From assembly GCA_010909165.1 (NCBI GenBank), contig VJWM01000118.1:434001-498000 (forward strand): 64,000 bases of DNA, in the 5' to 3' direction. The position numbers and the translations under genes are program-made. The notes beneath the pieces are model-generated. The model was not told the DNA's origin. It saw only the letters and a program-made list of their open reading frames with translations, and did not search any database. This stretch comes from Anthoceros angustus (taxonomy: Eukaryota; Plantae; Anthocerotophyta). Positions 24,301 to 37,329 of this stretch are shown one piece after another (the first letter of the stretch is position 1; each line of letters opens with the position of its first letter).

Positions 24301-25371
24301 CTGGTGGAAGCTATAATGAATAGGCATAAAACCGTGGCCGACCTGCTAAGCGAAAACGGTGCTCGCCTTCCCAAACCGGACGTCACGAGGATTCTCACCT
24401 TAGCTGCGACAGACGGAGGGCTGGAGGTGCTGCAGGACTTGCTCTTGCATGGAGCCGATGTCAATGCAACTGACTCAGAAGGGCAAACCGTCCTGCACGT
24501 CTTGGCTGCTCAGACCGTTAGCGCTGATGGAGTTGCTGAGTTTCTTATCATGAATGGAGCTGATGTCTCCAAAACAGATTACAATGGGGTGAGCCCTGTG
24601 GACGTTGCAAGGAAACACGGGAATGACCACCTGCTGAGGATATTCGAAGGAGTACTGGACAAGAGCACACCAACCATGAACGGAGATGCAGTACATTCCA
24701 AGGTGCAGAATGAAGCCGATGCAGAATGGGCTTCCTTAACAGAAAGGAAGAAAGATCAGGTAGTTGCGTTTGCTGGCAGTCAGGCTGACGTTCAATTGAG
24801 TGAAGATCAGTTCACCAAGCACGTCTACACGCCGAGCTTGGCTACACTTATGAGAAGGCGAGCAACAAGAGTGGGAAGCATGGGCGGTGATGCTATAGAC
24901 TCTAGTTTCTTCCTGTCTAGGCAGGCAGAAGGAAGTAGGAGAAGTAAACCAGTACCCCAAACCAGACGGGTTACCGTGTACAGCCATCACCCAAGGAGTA
25001 AGGGAAGCAGAAAGTCAGTGGGCAGGGTGATGTCCTTCCCAAGATCACTCAAGGAGTTGCTACGAATCGCAGGTCAGTCCCCTGTGCTGTCGATACTTTT
25101 GTTTGCTGTTCATGTCTACCCTCCAGTTCTACTTTGGGCCTCACATTCACTGTGTTCCTTCGTTGCAGGCGAGAAAATGAACTACAAACCAACGATAGTG
25201 CTAAGTGAAGACGGCGCAGAGATTGACGACATAGCACTGGTTAGAGACAATGACCATTTGTACCTGGTAGACGAGGAGGGACCGGGTAGCAATAACTCAC
25301 CTCCCAACACCAAGCAGCTGGCGTCCGAAATCTCCCAGCTGGATGGGGCCACGCCTGGCATGATACGTTAG
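21376..25371 (+). CDS. Shaker-type AKT1-like K+ channel (S1-S6, cNMP-binding, ankyrin repeats, KHA domain); 13 exons
   Basis: Exons 21376-21560, 21683-21898, 22010-22168, 22261-22318, 22423-22740, 22847-23086, 23175-23273, 23381-23413, 23540-23725, 23831-24025, 24107-24182, 24281-25072, 25169-25371 splice in frame; [18 protein letters not shown]4, [19 protein letters not shown] pore. Confidence 0.93.
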
Positions 25372-25599
25372 ATCTAAGCTCTACCACTGCCAGCCAACTT
25401 GAGCTTGTAACATATCACTCATCCAATTAGTAAAACTGAGCAATTAGCATTTCCCATGATCAGGAATGAACCTTTGGGTCAGGAAAAAAGGTTGTCTAAT
25501 GTAGCTCGAAACACCGGCATACTGCGAATTACAAAAGGAGGATATCACACTATGTGGCCAGGACGGGCTTCGTGGCACATGTGGCTTATCATGTTGGCC

Positions 25600-26452
25600 T
25601 TCAAAATTGCGGTAGCGATGGGTCCAAGCGATAAACTATCAACGTTAGACGAGGTAGTTGGGTTGCTCCTACAAGAGGAGCTGGAGAAGTCCTTCAAGAC
25701 AGAAGAGAATGAAGACTCAACGCTCTTCTCAAAGAAGGGAACAATATATGGGAAGACTTCACAAGCCAATTCTGGAGAAGGATCGAAAGAGAAAGGTATG
25801 AAGAAAAAGGTGCGGATTACTTGCCATTATTGCAAAAAGCCTAACCACTATGCTAAGGACTGTAGGACAAGGTTGACTGACTTAAAGAAGGGAAAGGAGT
25901 CACAAGCCAATCAAGTGTGTGAGGAGGAAGAACATCTCTTTGCTGTCTCAATTGGTCGTAGAGAGCGTACGAGAGCGCCCATCAAAGAAGGATGAGAGTT
26001 TGTACCTCGAATCTGGAGCATCTCAACATTTCATCTGCTACCGGCCATGGTTCTCAAGCTATGAAGAAATGTCGGCGGGGCATAAGGTGGCGCTTGGAGA
26101 CAATAGGTCACACGAGATCAAAGGAAGAGATGTGATCAAGGTTCAACTCCCTAGAGGACTATCCAAATGTACCAATTAAGGATGTGCACCATGCACCTGG
26201 TCTTGCAAAGAATCTTCTTTCAATAACAAGAATCACTGACCCTGGGAATGAGACTGTGTTCAACTCGAGGGAATGTTGCATCCAATCCGAGCAACCAAAT
26301 CATATAATGTCAAGGTGATAGCTCGAGGTATTCGGAAAGGCTATCTCTATAAGTTGTGTGGTTGTGTAGGTGATCAAGAAGCTTGTACATTTGTGTCAGG
26401 CTCACCTGAAAGCACTGTGTCAGTAGATTTGTGGCATCAACGCTTGGGGCAC
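25600..26452 (+). mobile_element. Truncated Ty1/Copia fragment (gag zinc knuckle, protease, GAG-pre-integrase)
   Basis: CHYCKKPNHYAKDC, LYLESGASQHF, APGLAKNLLSI, DLWHQRLGH; ends abruptly. Confidence 0.85.
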
Positions 26453-28269
26453 ACTGTCCCACTAGAAAGGGAAGCCTATGTTACAGTTGTAGTTGCAATT
26501 TTATGCTACAGTTCCAAATTACAACATGCTTTGGAGGCCTAGTATTAAGTTTTTCATCTCTTTCGCCATATGGTGCCACCATCTTAATTAAATACGAACC
26601 TTACTCTCTCTCCTTCTACCTCATTCATAAATACACCCCCTCTCTCACAACCATTTTTTATTATTTTCCACATGCAATTGCAACATAACTATAACAAGGC
26701 AGGAACCTCGGCTAGACAGATCATCATGCCAGGGACTCACACTCCCCCCTACACCCACCAACTACGTCACATTCACTTCATTCCAACCCACCTCAATTGT
26801 TTCGGGCCTTCCCGTCCGTGCTGGGTGTCTCCGTCATTCCAGAGGGAATGCTGCGATGCCCTCTTCATGGTCCCGGCGCTCCAGGGGCTTGCTCTGACCA
26901 TGAAGTTGGATGCCTGTTGTCCAGCGACTCTGAACTCTTGCTGAGAACTGGAAATCCAACAAATGGGAATACATATTGAAAATTGGAAATCCGGCAATTG
27001 GAAACTCGTGGTCCTCAATGCCACCACGGTATCACCCACGACAGTCCAGTTGGGCTATTGCATTCCAGACGGAATGTCCAGACCATACACATGGGTGTTG
27101 GTCATACCATTTACGGCCGCCAAGCATCCTACCCTCCCCTCCAAACTCATACGTAACATTGGATGATCCAAATCTGCCGCGCCCGCCTCCAAAACCCAAG
27201 TGGGGACTTCCTGTGCCGCTAATGCCACACTACCACCCAAGATGATGAGCAACACCTCATCTCCGCTTGCTCTGCAGTCTCAGCGCAGCGTACCATCCTC
27301 CACCTCAAGATCACCACAATCGTGCACTGACTAGACCTCATGCTTACAATATCGGACAAATTTGCCCGCTTCTTACTCGCCACGGCACCGATCATTTGTG
27401 CTATTGCCTCAACATGCTATTTAGTGAAGGGGGTGATTATTCAGCATGAGGGTTTTCTGCTCTTTATTTGCCGAAGGGGGTTTTGGATGGGTGTTGAATC
27501 CTTTGTTCACCGCTTGTCTTTGGAAAAGATGATCAAAGAAGGGGTGAACACCAACACGGAACCACGACTTGCGTTCGTGACATGTGGAGCAATGGTTGTA
27601 GTTTACACCTATGCCGACTTTAGAGCCCATTTACCCAAAATGGAGCACCATGATCACTGTGAAGATGAGTACATTTGACGATGCCCCCACAAACAATCGG
27701 GAAAACATGGTCCAACCAATGTCGAACTCTCATATTTCAAGTTTCCCCAGAACGCCTTCCACGCGGGTGGTGGTGGTATGGGTCATAGGAATCCTTCATG
27801 CGACATGGAATTCATGGAATGGTGGGTGGCGCCGCCAGCCGCACCGCCTCCCACAATCCCGTAAAGTGATATGTCATCTCCTATCCCTTGGTAGGTTGGA
27901 GGAATCGATTTTTGAGACAAGAGGGTCAGATGTGTGTCACCAACCATCCGAGGATGCTATGTATAGTCATGTGACTAGCCGTGATCAAAAATGAAAGTGC
28001 CGGTATGGATGCATTATTAGTGACCGCATCGTGCAAGCCCTAAATGTGCACATGCTCTAAATGTGCAAATTGCGTGGGAAAAGGGTGTCCCCTGAACTGC
28101 GCTAGTGCTTTAGGACTGAAACCGTCCAGTACTTGGAGTAGTGGAGTTTCCATCGGCTACCATCTTGTAGAATATACAGGTCGTTTCAAACTTTCCCCAA
28201 GGACAGTGGGCTACAATGAACGTATCGAATGTGGCTTGCACGGTTTCCCTTCTCAAAACAGAAAATGAG

Positions 28270-29966
28270 GATACAGCCTATGCGCACTTTTAACATTCGA
28301 AGTGCAATCTACTCTCCTTCTAAATTGACGTCATCTTCGTAGGTTCGCATCATCACCGCCATCTTCACTATCCTCTGCCACTTTGACTTGCTGGTTGTAT
28401 GAAGCCCGCAATTCATTCATTCTTGTCCTTGATTGCCTTCTTGTCTACCGTGACAGATGTTTCCGAGAATTCAAGGTGAAACCATAATACAAGATGACGG
28501 TTTTGTGTACATAAACTTCTGAATATTTTTAGGTTCAACCCTTCGACCCCTTTTCCCGGTTTTGTTGCTTGGCTGCCCGGCATCCCCAATTATGTATTCT
28601 TCAACGTACCTACCCTCAAACGCATCTGTGTGCTCGCCTGCATAGTGAACAAGTAAGTGAGGTGGGTCATCAAACAAACAAATCAATCACCTTCCCAATC
28701 CAAAATGGTCTCACAGCGTGTCCTCGCTTGGAACCGCAATGAACATGCCCTTATTTATTTCAACACATCACCATTCAAACGTGTCATTCCCTCCTTGTCT
28801 TTCCAAGTTTTGGTATCGTCCCAAATACATATCTCGTTGTGGAAGGTCCTCAACAACGCCTCGTAATAAAGCTTCATCATCAAGTCGCAGAGGTTGGGCT
28901 GTTACTTCTACTTGGACCTCGAATACCACTTCCAAGGATCTTTGGAGGGAGGCCCAATGTTGTTTTGAACAATAACAAGAATCTCTTGTTGGTCCACCCG
29001 AGCTTCCCACCATTTGTATTCCTCCGATGTCACATAAGGCCTAAGGGCCGAAAGACCTTCCTTCAAATGAGCCACACCATCCGTAGGTGATAAGTCCGCC
29101 AACTTTCCTTTTCTATCCCTTGACCGAGGGCGGTTAAGGGAGCCGCCATATTGTGTCCAACAGCACGAATGTCAAAACTCCAACCCGGCCTCGCCTCCCA
29201 ATAGGCTGATGTGGAATCTTGCTCGATGATTACAAACCCACGGTCACCTTTGGCTTCTCTCGTAATTTTGAATTGGTGCCGGAAAGAGAGGTTGTTTAAT
29301 TTTTGACCGCCTTGTATGCGTGTCCACCTTCCCTTGCCTTATGGGCCAAACATATGACCGGAAGTCCGAACTTCACCAATATCTTCACCTCCGTGGAGTG
29401 TACGCACTAATCAAAATCTCGGTGCGGGAAGAGTGTGAGCTTCCTTGTGTTTTAAGCTTTTGAAAAGCATGAAAACATTTGGTCGATTTGATCATGCGTA
29501 TGCCCCACCAACAAAACCCCACTTTCACCTTTTCAAACGTCCCCATGTCCACGAGCATGTTGAGATATGCAAAGCAGTTGATTCTTGTTCTCTCTGCAGT
29601 GTTGTCCAATTGCAAATATAACACTTTCGGCAATACTCCTTCGTAGTTATGAATAACATCCTCGGATGATGGTAATCGTAAGATTGGCATCATTCCAAGT
29701 TCGCATAATGCAAGTAAGCTCTTGCCTTAAACGTGTAATTGTGGATCATGCACCCAACCACATGAACTCAATACGGCACTCCTCATCCAAGTTCTTTGGC
29801 CATCGAAGTAGATGGGGAATCTCCGTCTTCTTTTGGTCCATTCCATCGATTGAAAGTAGAAGGTACATATGTGGTTCTACATAACTCTTGCTCCTGTGTT
29901 TCGCCATCTTCAGCCGCTCCTGATGTAACCGCAAACGATGGGCATCTAAAGCCGCTTGATATTTTT
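28270..29966 (-). pseudogene. DDE/D transposase, catalytic 3' half (DUF7869-type)
   Basis: LLSIDGMDQKKT, LYLQLDNT..ENKN, LLVGHTHDQIDQMFS in frameshifted frames; splice acceptor at 29967. Confidence 0.75.
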
Positions 29967-30100
29967 CTGTTTCAGAAAACATACACACTCGTCAGGTACA
30001 TTTGAAGAGACATCCAGTTAGATATGAAGGACCCTCCTATGCTGGGACAGTACACTGCCTGGGCGACGTCCCGCCCCAAATCAACGGAGGAATAGCCTTC

Positions 30101-32462
30101 TGTGGAGTGCCAAACTGTCCGTACTCGCGACTTGTCTTAGGCTTGTTTTGTTTTGGGTCAGCATCATAAGAGGGATAGGGAGGAGTTAGCCAATAAGGCG
30201 AGCGGCTGCATTGCACTAGTGTGCAATCCTAGACCTAGGTCCGTCGGCGAGGTCCACGGAGTGGTCCGTCCGGCGAGGTCCGACGGAGGGTCCGTCGGCG
30301 AGGTCGACGGAGGGTCTGCCCGGCGAGGTCCGACGGAGTGGTCTGTCCGGCGAGGTCACGGAGTGGTCTGCCCGGCGAGGTCCGACGGAGGGTCTGCCCG
30401 CGAGGTCCGACGGAGTGGTCTGCCCGGCGAGGTCTCGACGGAGTGGTCTGCCCGGCGAGGTCCGACGGAGTGGTCTGCCCGGCGGTCCGGCGGAGTGGTC
30501 CATCCGGCGGTCCGACGGAGGGTCGTCCGGGCGAGGTCTGGAGGGGTGGTCTGCCCGGCGAGGTCTCGACGGAGTGGTCTGCCCGGGCGAGGTCCGATGG
30601 AGTGGTCTGCCTTGAGAGGTCCGCGGAGTGGTTCGCCGGGTGGTTTAGTTTGGTGGGCATCGCTGGCATGGATCTCGCTTGGGGAAGCGGTGCAAGAAGT
30701 CCGGCAGTTGATGAGCTACGCCCCGTTACCACGACCTGTGGTTAGGGTACATACATAGTGTGATTATGATACATACATAGGCGGGTTAGGTTATGGGAGT
30801 ATAGGAAGGCTCAAGGCCCAAGACGGCACTATCCTAGGTACCATCTTCAAGGCGCTCCGTGTGTTTGCCTTCGTGCTCGAGGAGCGAAGTGAGTTCCACA
30901 CGCAGTGATTAATTGGTGGTAGAGGGATGTGTTTAGAGCTCGTGACGAGCCCGCCAACAGCTTGATGGGTGCAGACGGGACGGACCCGAGCTGGAGGTGC
31001 TCGCGGGTGATTTCTCGTAGACTAACCTTGGAGGTCACTGAACGGAGGTGGAGTTGGTGTCGCGAAGTCACTTCTCCGTAACGTGAAGCGGTCGGAGGGG
31101 ATTAGGAGGCGTTGGGGTGACTGGGCGGAAGCCACCCTTGGAGGCTGAACGGAGGCTGTGGAGTTGCAGGCTGCGAAGCCACTTCTCTGCAGAACGTGAA
31201 GCGGTCGGAGGGGATTAGGAGGCGCTTGGGGGTGACCTGCTGGGCGGAAGCCATCCTTGGAGGCTGCTGGAACGGAGGCTGTGGGGTTGCAGGCTGCAAA
31301 GCTACTTCTCCATGAGCGTAAGGAAGGGCAAAGGCGACACGGTGTGAATACAACGGCGTGTTGGTGTTGTGACTACCGCTGGTGATGGACAAGAGAGGAG
31401 GGTCGCGTTGCGGCGTGTGTGTTGAGGTGGAGTTGTGGCCGGACAGAGTTGAGGAGCGCTGGGGCGCTAGAGTACGTAGACTGATGGAGGAACGCGTCGC
31501 TAAACCTGTTCCGGTGGTACTGGAGAAACCCGGGGTTTGTGGGAAGGTCCGGTGGCTGCGCGTCTGGTCCGACGAGTTGTGGAGGGGCACACCCTTAGGG
31601 TTGTGGAGCCGCCGGACCCAACATGATGAAGTCCGTTCAGGCGATAGGCTGTAGAGCTCGTGACGAGCCCGCCAACAGCTTGATGGGTGCGAGACTAACC
31701 TTGGAGGCTGAACGGAGGCTGTGGAGGTGCTCGCGGGTGATTTCTCGTAGACTAACCTTGGAGGTCACTGAACGGAGGTGGAGTTGTGCGAAGTCACTTC
31801 TCTTAACGTGAAGCGGTCGGAGGGGATTAGGAGGCGTTGGGGTGACTGTCATGGAAGCCACCCTTGGAGGCTGAACGGAGGTGGAGTTGTGCGAAGTCAC
31901 TTCTCTAACGTGAAGCGGTGGAGGGGATTAGGAGGCGCTTGGGGTGACTGGGCGGAAGCCATCCTTGAGGTCACTGAACGGAGGTCGGGGTTGCAGTGCA
32001 AAGCTACTTCTCCATGAGCGTGAAGCACCGGAAGGGCAAAGGCGACCGGTGTGAATACAACGGCGTGTTGGTGTTGTGACTACCACCGGTGATGGACAAG
32101 AGAGGAGGGTCGCGTTGGCGCGGTGTGGAGGTGGAGTTGTACAGAGTTGAGGAGCGTTGGGGCGCTAGAGCACGAGATCGATGGAGGAACGCGTCGCTAA
32201 ACCTGTTCCGGTGGTACTGGAGAAACCCGGGCGGGGTTTGTGGGAAGGTCTGGTGGCTGTGCGTCTGGTCCGACGAGTTGTGGAGGGGCACACCCTTAGG
32301 GTTGTGGAGCCGCCGGACCCAACATGATGAAGTCCGTTCAGGCGATAGGTTGTAGAGCTCAGGCAGAATAAGCACGAGACCATTCCCTTGGGAACGGACT
32401 CCTTACTACAACGACACGGGATTGTGCGCGCCCGGCTGGCCGTCAGCGAAAGTCGCGCCACA
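30101..32462 (+). mobile_element. Solo LTR, family A, with an internal ~700-bp duplication
   Basis: TGTGGAGTGCC...GTCGCGCCACA termini; same sequence inverted at 38316-39870 and 40257-41768. Confidence 0.85.
30240..30640. repeat. GC-rich ~28-bp tandem array inside LTR A (also ~39480-39730 and ~41330-41620)
   Basis: Unit CCGGACGGACCACTCCGTCGGACCTCGC, clearest at 41521-41604. Confidence 0.9.
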
Positions 32463-35110
32463 CCTGTTAACACCTTCTCGGTGGCGCTTATTAGTATTTG
32501 CTGGCCACACTCTCCAACTGGTATTCCCTGAAAAGATTTCCAGGGCTTGGCCAACATGTCTCTAGGCTTGACGTACACACTATCAACCTGCTTGGGCCTA
32601 ACTTGCGCTTGCCTTTCCCTTTCTTGCTTGTCCCCGCAGGAATGTGTTTCTTCTGTTCTGGAAGCTCTCCTGCTTCCCATTTGGAAAAAAGCTTGTCAAC
32701 ATTCTCCCACACCTTCCCATCCTGCTTAGCAATACACAAAATGTGGGTCCGATTGTCCACTTTGTTCGCTTGTACACGTCGTCCTCCGCCCTTCATCGTC
32801 TTCAATCAAACCTAGGACTTTATGCAGTTGTATTTCAGGACATGGTCATTTGCACTTCTTCCTCTTTGCGATGATCAACTCGTCCCTTAAATACGACTTG
32901 CTCTATAAAGTTCATCTTCTTTCTTGATCGGACATCATATTGTGATCTGTTGCAAGCACCGCATCTCATGCAGTAAGCCCACAATACACATGTGCTTCAA
33001 CATATTGGAACCGCTTCTTCCGGGTGAGATATCCGATAAGTGCTTCATAGCTGCGTGGGTGTGGTTACCACCAAGAACTCCCATGACATACTTCTTTGCA
33101 CGCCATTGCTTCCGATCCGACTTGCTCTATAAAGTTCATCTTCTTTCTTCGGGACATCATATTGTGATCTTGCACCCGCATCTCATGCAGAAGCCCACAA
33201 TACACATGTGCTTCAACATATTGGAACCGCTTCTTCCGGGTGAGATATCGATAAGTGCTTCATAGCTGCGAGGTGTGGTTACCACCAAGAACTCCCATGA
33301 CATACTTCTTTGCACGCCATTGCTTCGTCCGCCTTGCTCGATCAAGACACTCGCTCGGATCAATCATACACAAAAGAGGCAGAACTCCCTCCTCTATCCG
33401 CCCTTTCGCTATAACACGGGCAAGATAGTTTGCCCAAGCCTCATCAACCCTCCGGATCTGCGGGTAATGTCTTGCCGGTCTCAAGTTCTCCAACTTCACT
33501 AACCTTTCTGCACCACCTTCTTGAGTATGCGAATCCCTTAAGCGAGTCAATGGATCGCATCCCTCATAGCCTCTTCCAACCTTTCCTCGTCGGTTTGAAT
33601 ATGAGCGTGGTTATGTCCCCTCCATGGCATCTTCTCTTCCACCCTTCTTTGCCTTCTTGGTTTTCCTTCCCAATTCTCCGTCCTCACTGTGTGTGCGTCG
33701 ACTTCCCTTGCCCTTGCGCCACTTTTCTGATCGTTTGGGCATGAAGGTTGAGGAGGGCGCCGGCCGCGCCCCTCTTCGGCCTCCATACCCACATCCCCGC
33801 ATCCGCCATGTCCTTTTCTCCGGGGACGAACTGCCGACCCGGTGCCATCTTGCTCTCTTTTTACTGTGTGGTGGGAGGATTCGTGGGGCCGGCCGGCGCC
33901 CAAACCACCTGCACCTTCTTGAATCTTATAAACCGGTCCGGATGGCGTTGGGCTCTTGGGAACTGAAGATGACTAGGCGCCGGCGGCGCCTTGCCGCATC
34001 CGGGTCATATTGCATGGTGGGAACCATAACGGAAGGAGTCGGAGTTTGAAGATTGGGAAGGTCCTCGGCATCTGTCCGATTCACATGCCCCGGATCCTTG
34101 ACGCAGATGCTTGAGGTAAAGCCCATCTTCCTCGTCGATGGGCCAAGCTCACTCTCCTCATGATCTTCTTCCACCACATCACCAGTTCTGCAGGAGGCTT
34201 GGGCTCGACGCATAGACATTTCCCTCTTGTGGGCCCTCATAGTTTGTGTAATCTTTTCGCAGATAGCTCGTATGAGTGCCCTCGCAACTAGTGGTGCACG
34301 GAAGATGGTAGGAAAAACATATCCACAATGTCGTGACTCTCACATGTGAAGAAGCTGCGAAGGAATGCGATTCAGGCAATACTTACGCCTCTGTCGCATG
34401 GAATCGCGGAAATCTTCAACAAGGCCACGAGGTGCACACTTCTTCCAGTGAAACCCTTTCGAGGCTAAGAACAAGAGACTTGTATAAACGCGGATCCTGG
34501 GAAACTTCCTCATACTGGTATGCCTTTGTGGTGCACAAAAAAGTGAACTCGCTCCCCTTCATTGAAGTCCAAAGTAGCCCAAACAACCCAGCCCGCTCTT
34601 GCTCTCTGATTTGGCAGAGCCCCCCTATATCCCATGATCCACAACTTCAACAAAGGGGTCCATGGCGCATTGCGGTCAGTAGGTGGTATGGATCCTGCAC
34701 AAGCATCCAGTCCTTCTCCACAACCACAACATTGTCGAGCTGCCCGGATACACGCTGATATGGGCTCCTCATAGTATAAGGTATGAATCGGATGGAATAG
34801 GTTGTTTCGCGCTCTTACCAACCTTCTTCGTCCCTTGCTCTCCAAAGAACCTTTGTGGGATTTGGCGGATGATCGCTGCCCGATTTTGCTTGCCCTCAAG
34901 AATGCTGCCCCTCCGTTGGAGCATGGCGGATGGCAAGATGTCTCCAACCGGCGACTGGATGGAGGTGCCTCGCGATGTCCGCCGTGGGCGCGGGTCTGCT
35001 CTCGCCTTTGAGCTTCCTCGGCCTTCTTGGCCACGCATGGCGGGTGTCATATTCCTCCAAAGGCTGGTCCTTCTTGCTCCTCCGCTTGCCATCTTGATCT
35101 CTGCAATTCA
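32463..35110 (-). pseudogene. 5' half of cargo gene: ParB/Srx-like domain plus helical linker
   Basis: QIRRVDEAWANYLARVIAKG...YVMGVLGGNHTHAAMKHL, then VYCGLT..DA.LATDHNMMS...MNFIEQV; 224-bp internal duplication. Confidence 0.6.
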
Positions 35111-35948
35111 AGGCAACCCCACTCCGTAATCACAAAGAGATGCACAAACGGTGACCGCTAACTCACTCCAAGATCGCCTCTCAAGAGCTTGGCGCTGCCG
35201 GCTTGCGAGCTTGCGCTGTCACGGCAAAGTTGCGCTCAACGAGCTTGCGGCGGTCTAGGGCGGGCAGAGCGCTGCGGTGTGGCGCCTCACTCCCGGCATG
35301 CGGCGATCACGGTGGTGGTGCGCTCGGCAGCAACGGTCCGCGGTGTTGCGCTCGAAATCGGACGTGAACTGTATTGCCTTGCAAACGGTAGCCCTTAAGT
35401 TCAGAAAAGAGGAGGCCTTAACGAGAACTGAAGCTAAGCGACGTGTAAAAGTAGGGTTTTCTTCCATAACCCCAAATGGTTTTCATAACCGTGTTTCTCT
35501 AAAATAACCCGCTACCTTAAACTCAATTTTGACCAGAGCTTACTATTTTAGACTGTCGGCCCGCCGCCATCAACTTTTCCGCCAGGTGGCTGCTGCAATT
35601 ATGCTTGGATTTTCCGTTACAATCCTGTGCACAGCCCGCCGTCAACCACTTCATTGTCCGCACTTATTTCGAGGCAATCCCATCAACCTCTTAGGCGGGG
35701 GCACTCAGGGGATGCGAGGGCCGTCCCGACGCCATATAGCAAAGCTCCGGGAGGGAGGCTTCTGATATCTGCTAGCCACTACCTGGTGCTCTGCAAAGTC
35801 TTGTGCTTTCCTTCCTTGCGCATTGCGATAAGTGCGTGCGATGTTGCATTTGACGCACACGCCTGCGGGAGATGAGGTTGGTCTTGTTTCGCCATTGTCT
35901 TTTCCCTGCATACCATTCATGATACAGTATGCAACTTGTGCAACGACC

Positions 35949-37202
35949 ATGCCTGTGGCGCAGGAGGTTCAAGTGGAGGACCCGGGCCCCTCGCAATTCC
36001 AAAGAAATGGAGACATGGTCCGCAGTAGGAAGAGGCTCGCTATCTTGAACGCTCCTCCAAGTTCACATATTCCGGTGCAATACCCACGGAGTCCTCCACA
36101 TGAAGGTTTGTTGTGGTTACCAGCTTTTCCCACTTTTGGAAGAGGCAGTCAGGTAGCTTGTTAAGTCTGTGTTCGCACCGCCCATGTAGGCTCTACAACG
36201 AGGCGTCGACACTTGGCGTCACCAAATATGCCGCGGGGTGTGCCTCACACCGGAATTTGCATCTATACGCAGCCATTGAGGGGAGCCCATCTACACGCCT
36301 CCCAGAGCCGAATTCGAGAGTTCTCATCCCTCAACTGCGTGAGAATGGACCACCTGTTGCACGCAGGGGATTGTTTGATGGTGGTCACGGTAGAAGACCT
36401 CCCACTGGGCAGGAGCACGAACCCTCCGAGGATGAAGATGAAGCTGACCACTTCCAGACACCTGCACCGCGTCAGTCGTTCCATCCCAAGCCGCTGGGTG
36501 AGACGCTGACTGCGTCAAGCGAGCAAAGCATTGCACCTCAACGGAGACGCACAGTTGGTGTCACATTGAAGAAAAGTGAAGGAGAGGTAGTGACGGCGGA
36601 TTTCCGAAAACCATGTTGCAATCAAATGTGCTTGCAGAAGCTGACAAAAGAAAAGTTTCAGGAGCAGAGGTACCGATTCCTAAGGATGGGCAGGCCAGAG
36701 CAAGAGACATTTCTAGAGTCCTTGGTTCAAGCGGAGAGAGGGGGATGTGAAAGGGGTAAAGTATGCACACACATTTTGGGGTCCATTCCGATGCGCTGCT
36801 GCTTGAAGGCATTTAGAAGAGTATATTGCATAGGGCTGAGATATGAGGAATCAAGAGCGAATCATTTGAATGCCCGTGGATGGTTTCAGCCTAACCCCAA
36901 ACCACGCCTTCTTATGCGTTGGGAGCTATATCCGGATGGATAAGACATTTCTAATGATGGCGGCGGTGCCGACGTGGAGGTCTTCAACCTTCCGACATAC
37001 ACAAGGTTGGAAATATGGAGTATGTACAGCGGCAATGCGAAACCTCCGGGATCCTCTATGTGAAAATATCCATGGTTCTTGAAGTTATGGAAAAGCAACT
37101 TCCCAAGAGTGAAAATACCGAAATCCAACAGGTTTTCCACGTGCTCACTCTGCGCAAGTCTGAAGAGCACAATTAGGAACACAGTCCACAAGTCCGATCA
37201 AG
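35949..37202 (+). pseudogene. 5' half of the same transposase
   Basis: KPCCNQMCLQK, RCCLKAF, FLKLWKSNFPRVKIPKSNRFSTCSLC; phase-1 donor at 37203 joins the acceptor at 29967 (KSDQ-E-KYQAALDAH). Confidence 0.7.
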
Positions 37203-37329
37203 GTAATTGTTACCACTTTCGACGGGGCTGGTTGACATGCATGGGAACTTATGACAATGGTTTTCTTGAGTGGGGAATGGTTGTTTTGAACTCGAGGCTT
37301 TATGGGCAAGATCCCTACAACCAGGTATT

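Noticed and set aside
28044-28130. Cys cluster CTCSKCANCVGKGCPLNC as a zinc-finger gene
   Set aside because: Short ORF antisense to the transposase 3' region, with no supporting domain context
30153-30758. Repetitive Arg/Gly/Pro ORFs (also 39363-39933, 41225-41671, 52947-54520)
   Set aside because: Translations of LTR-internal minisatellites, open in several frames at once
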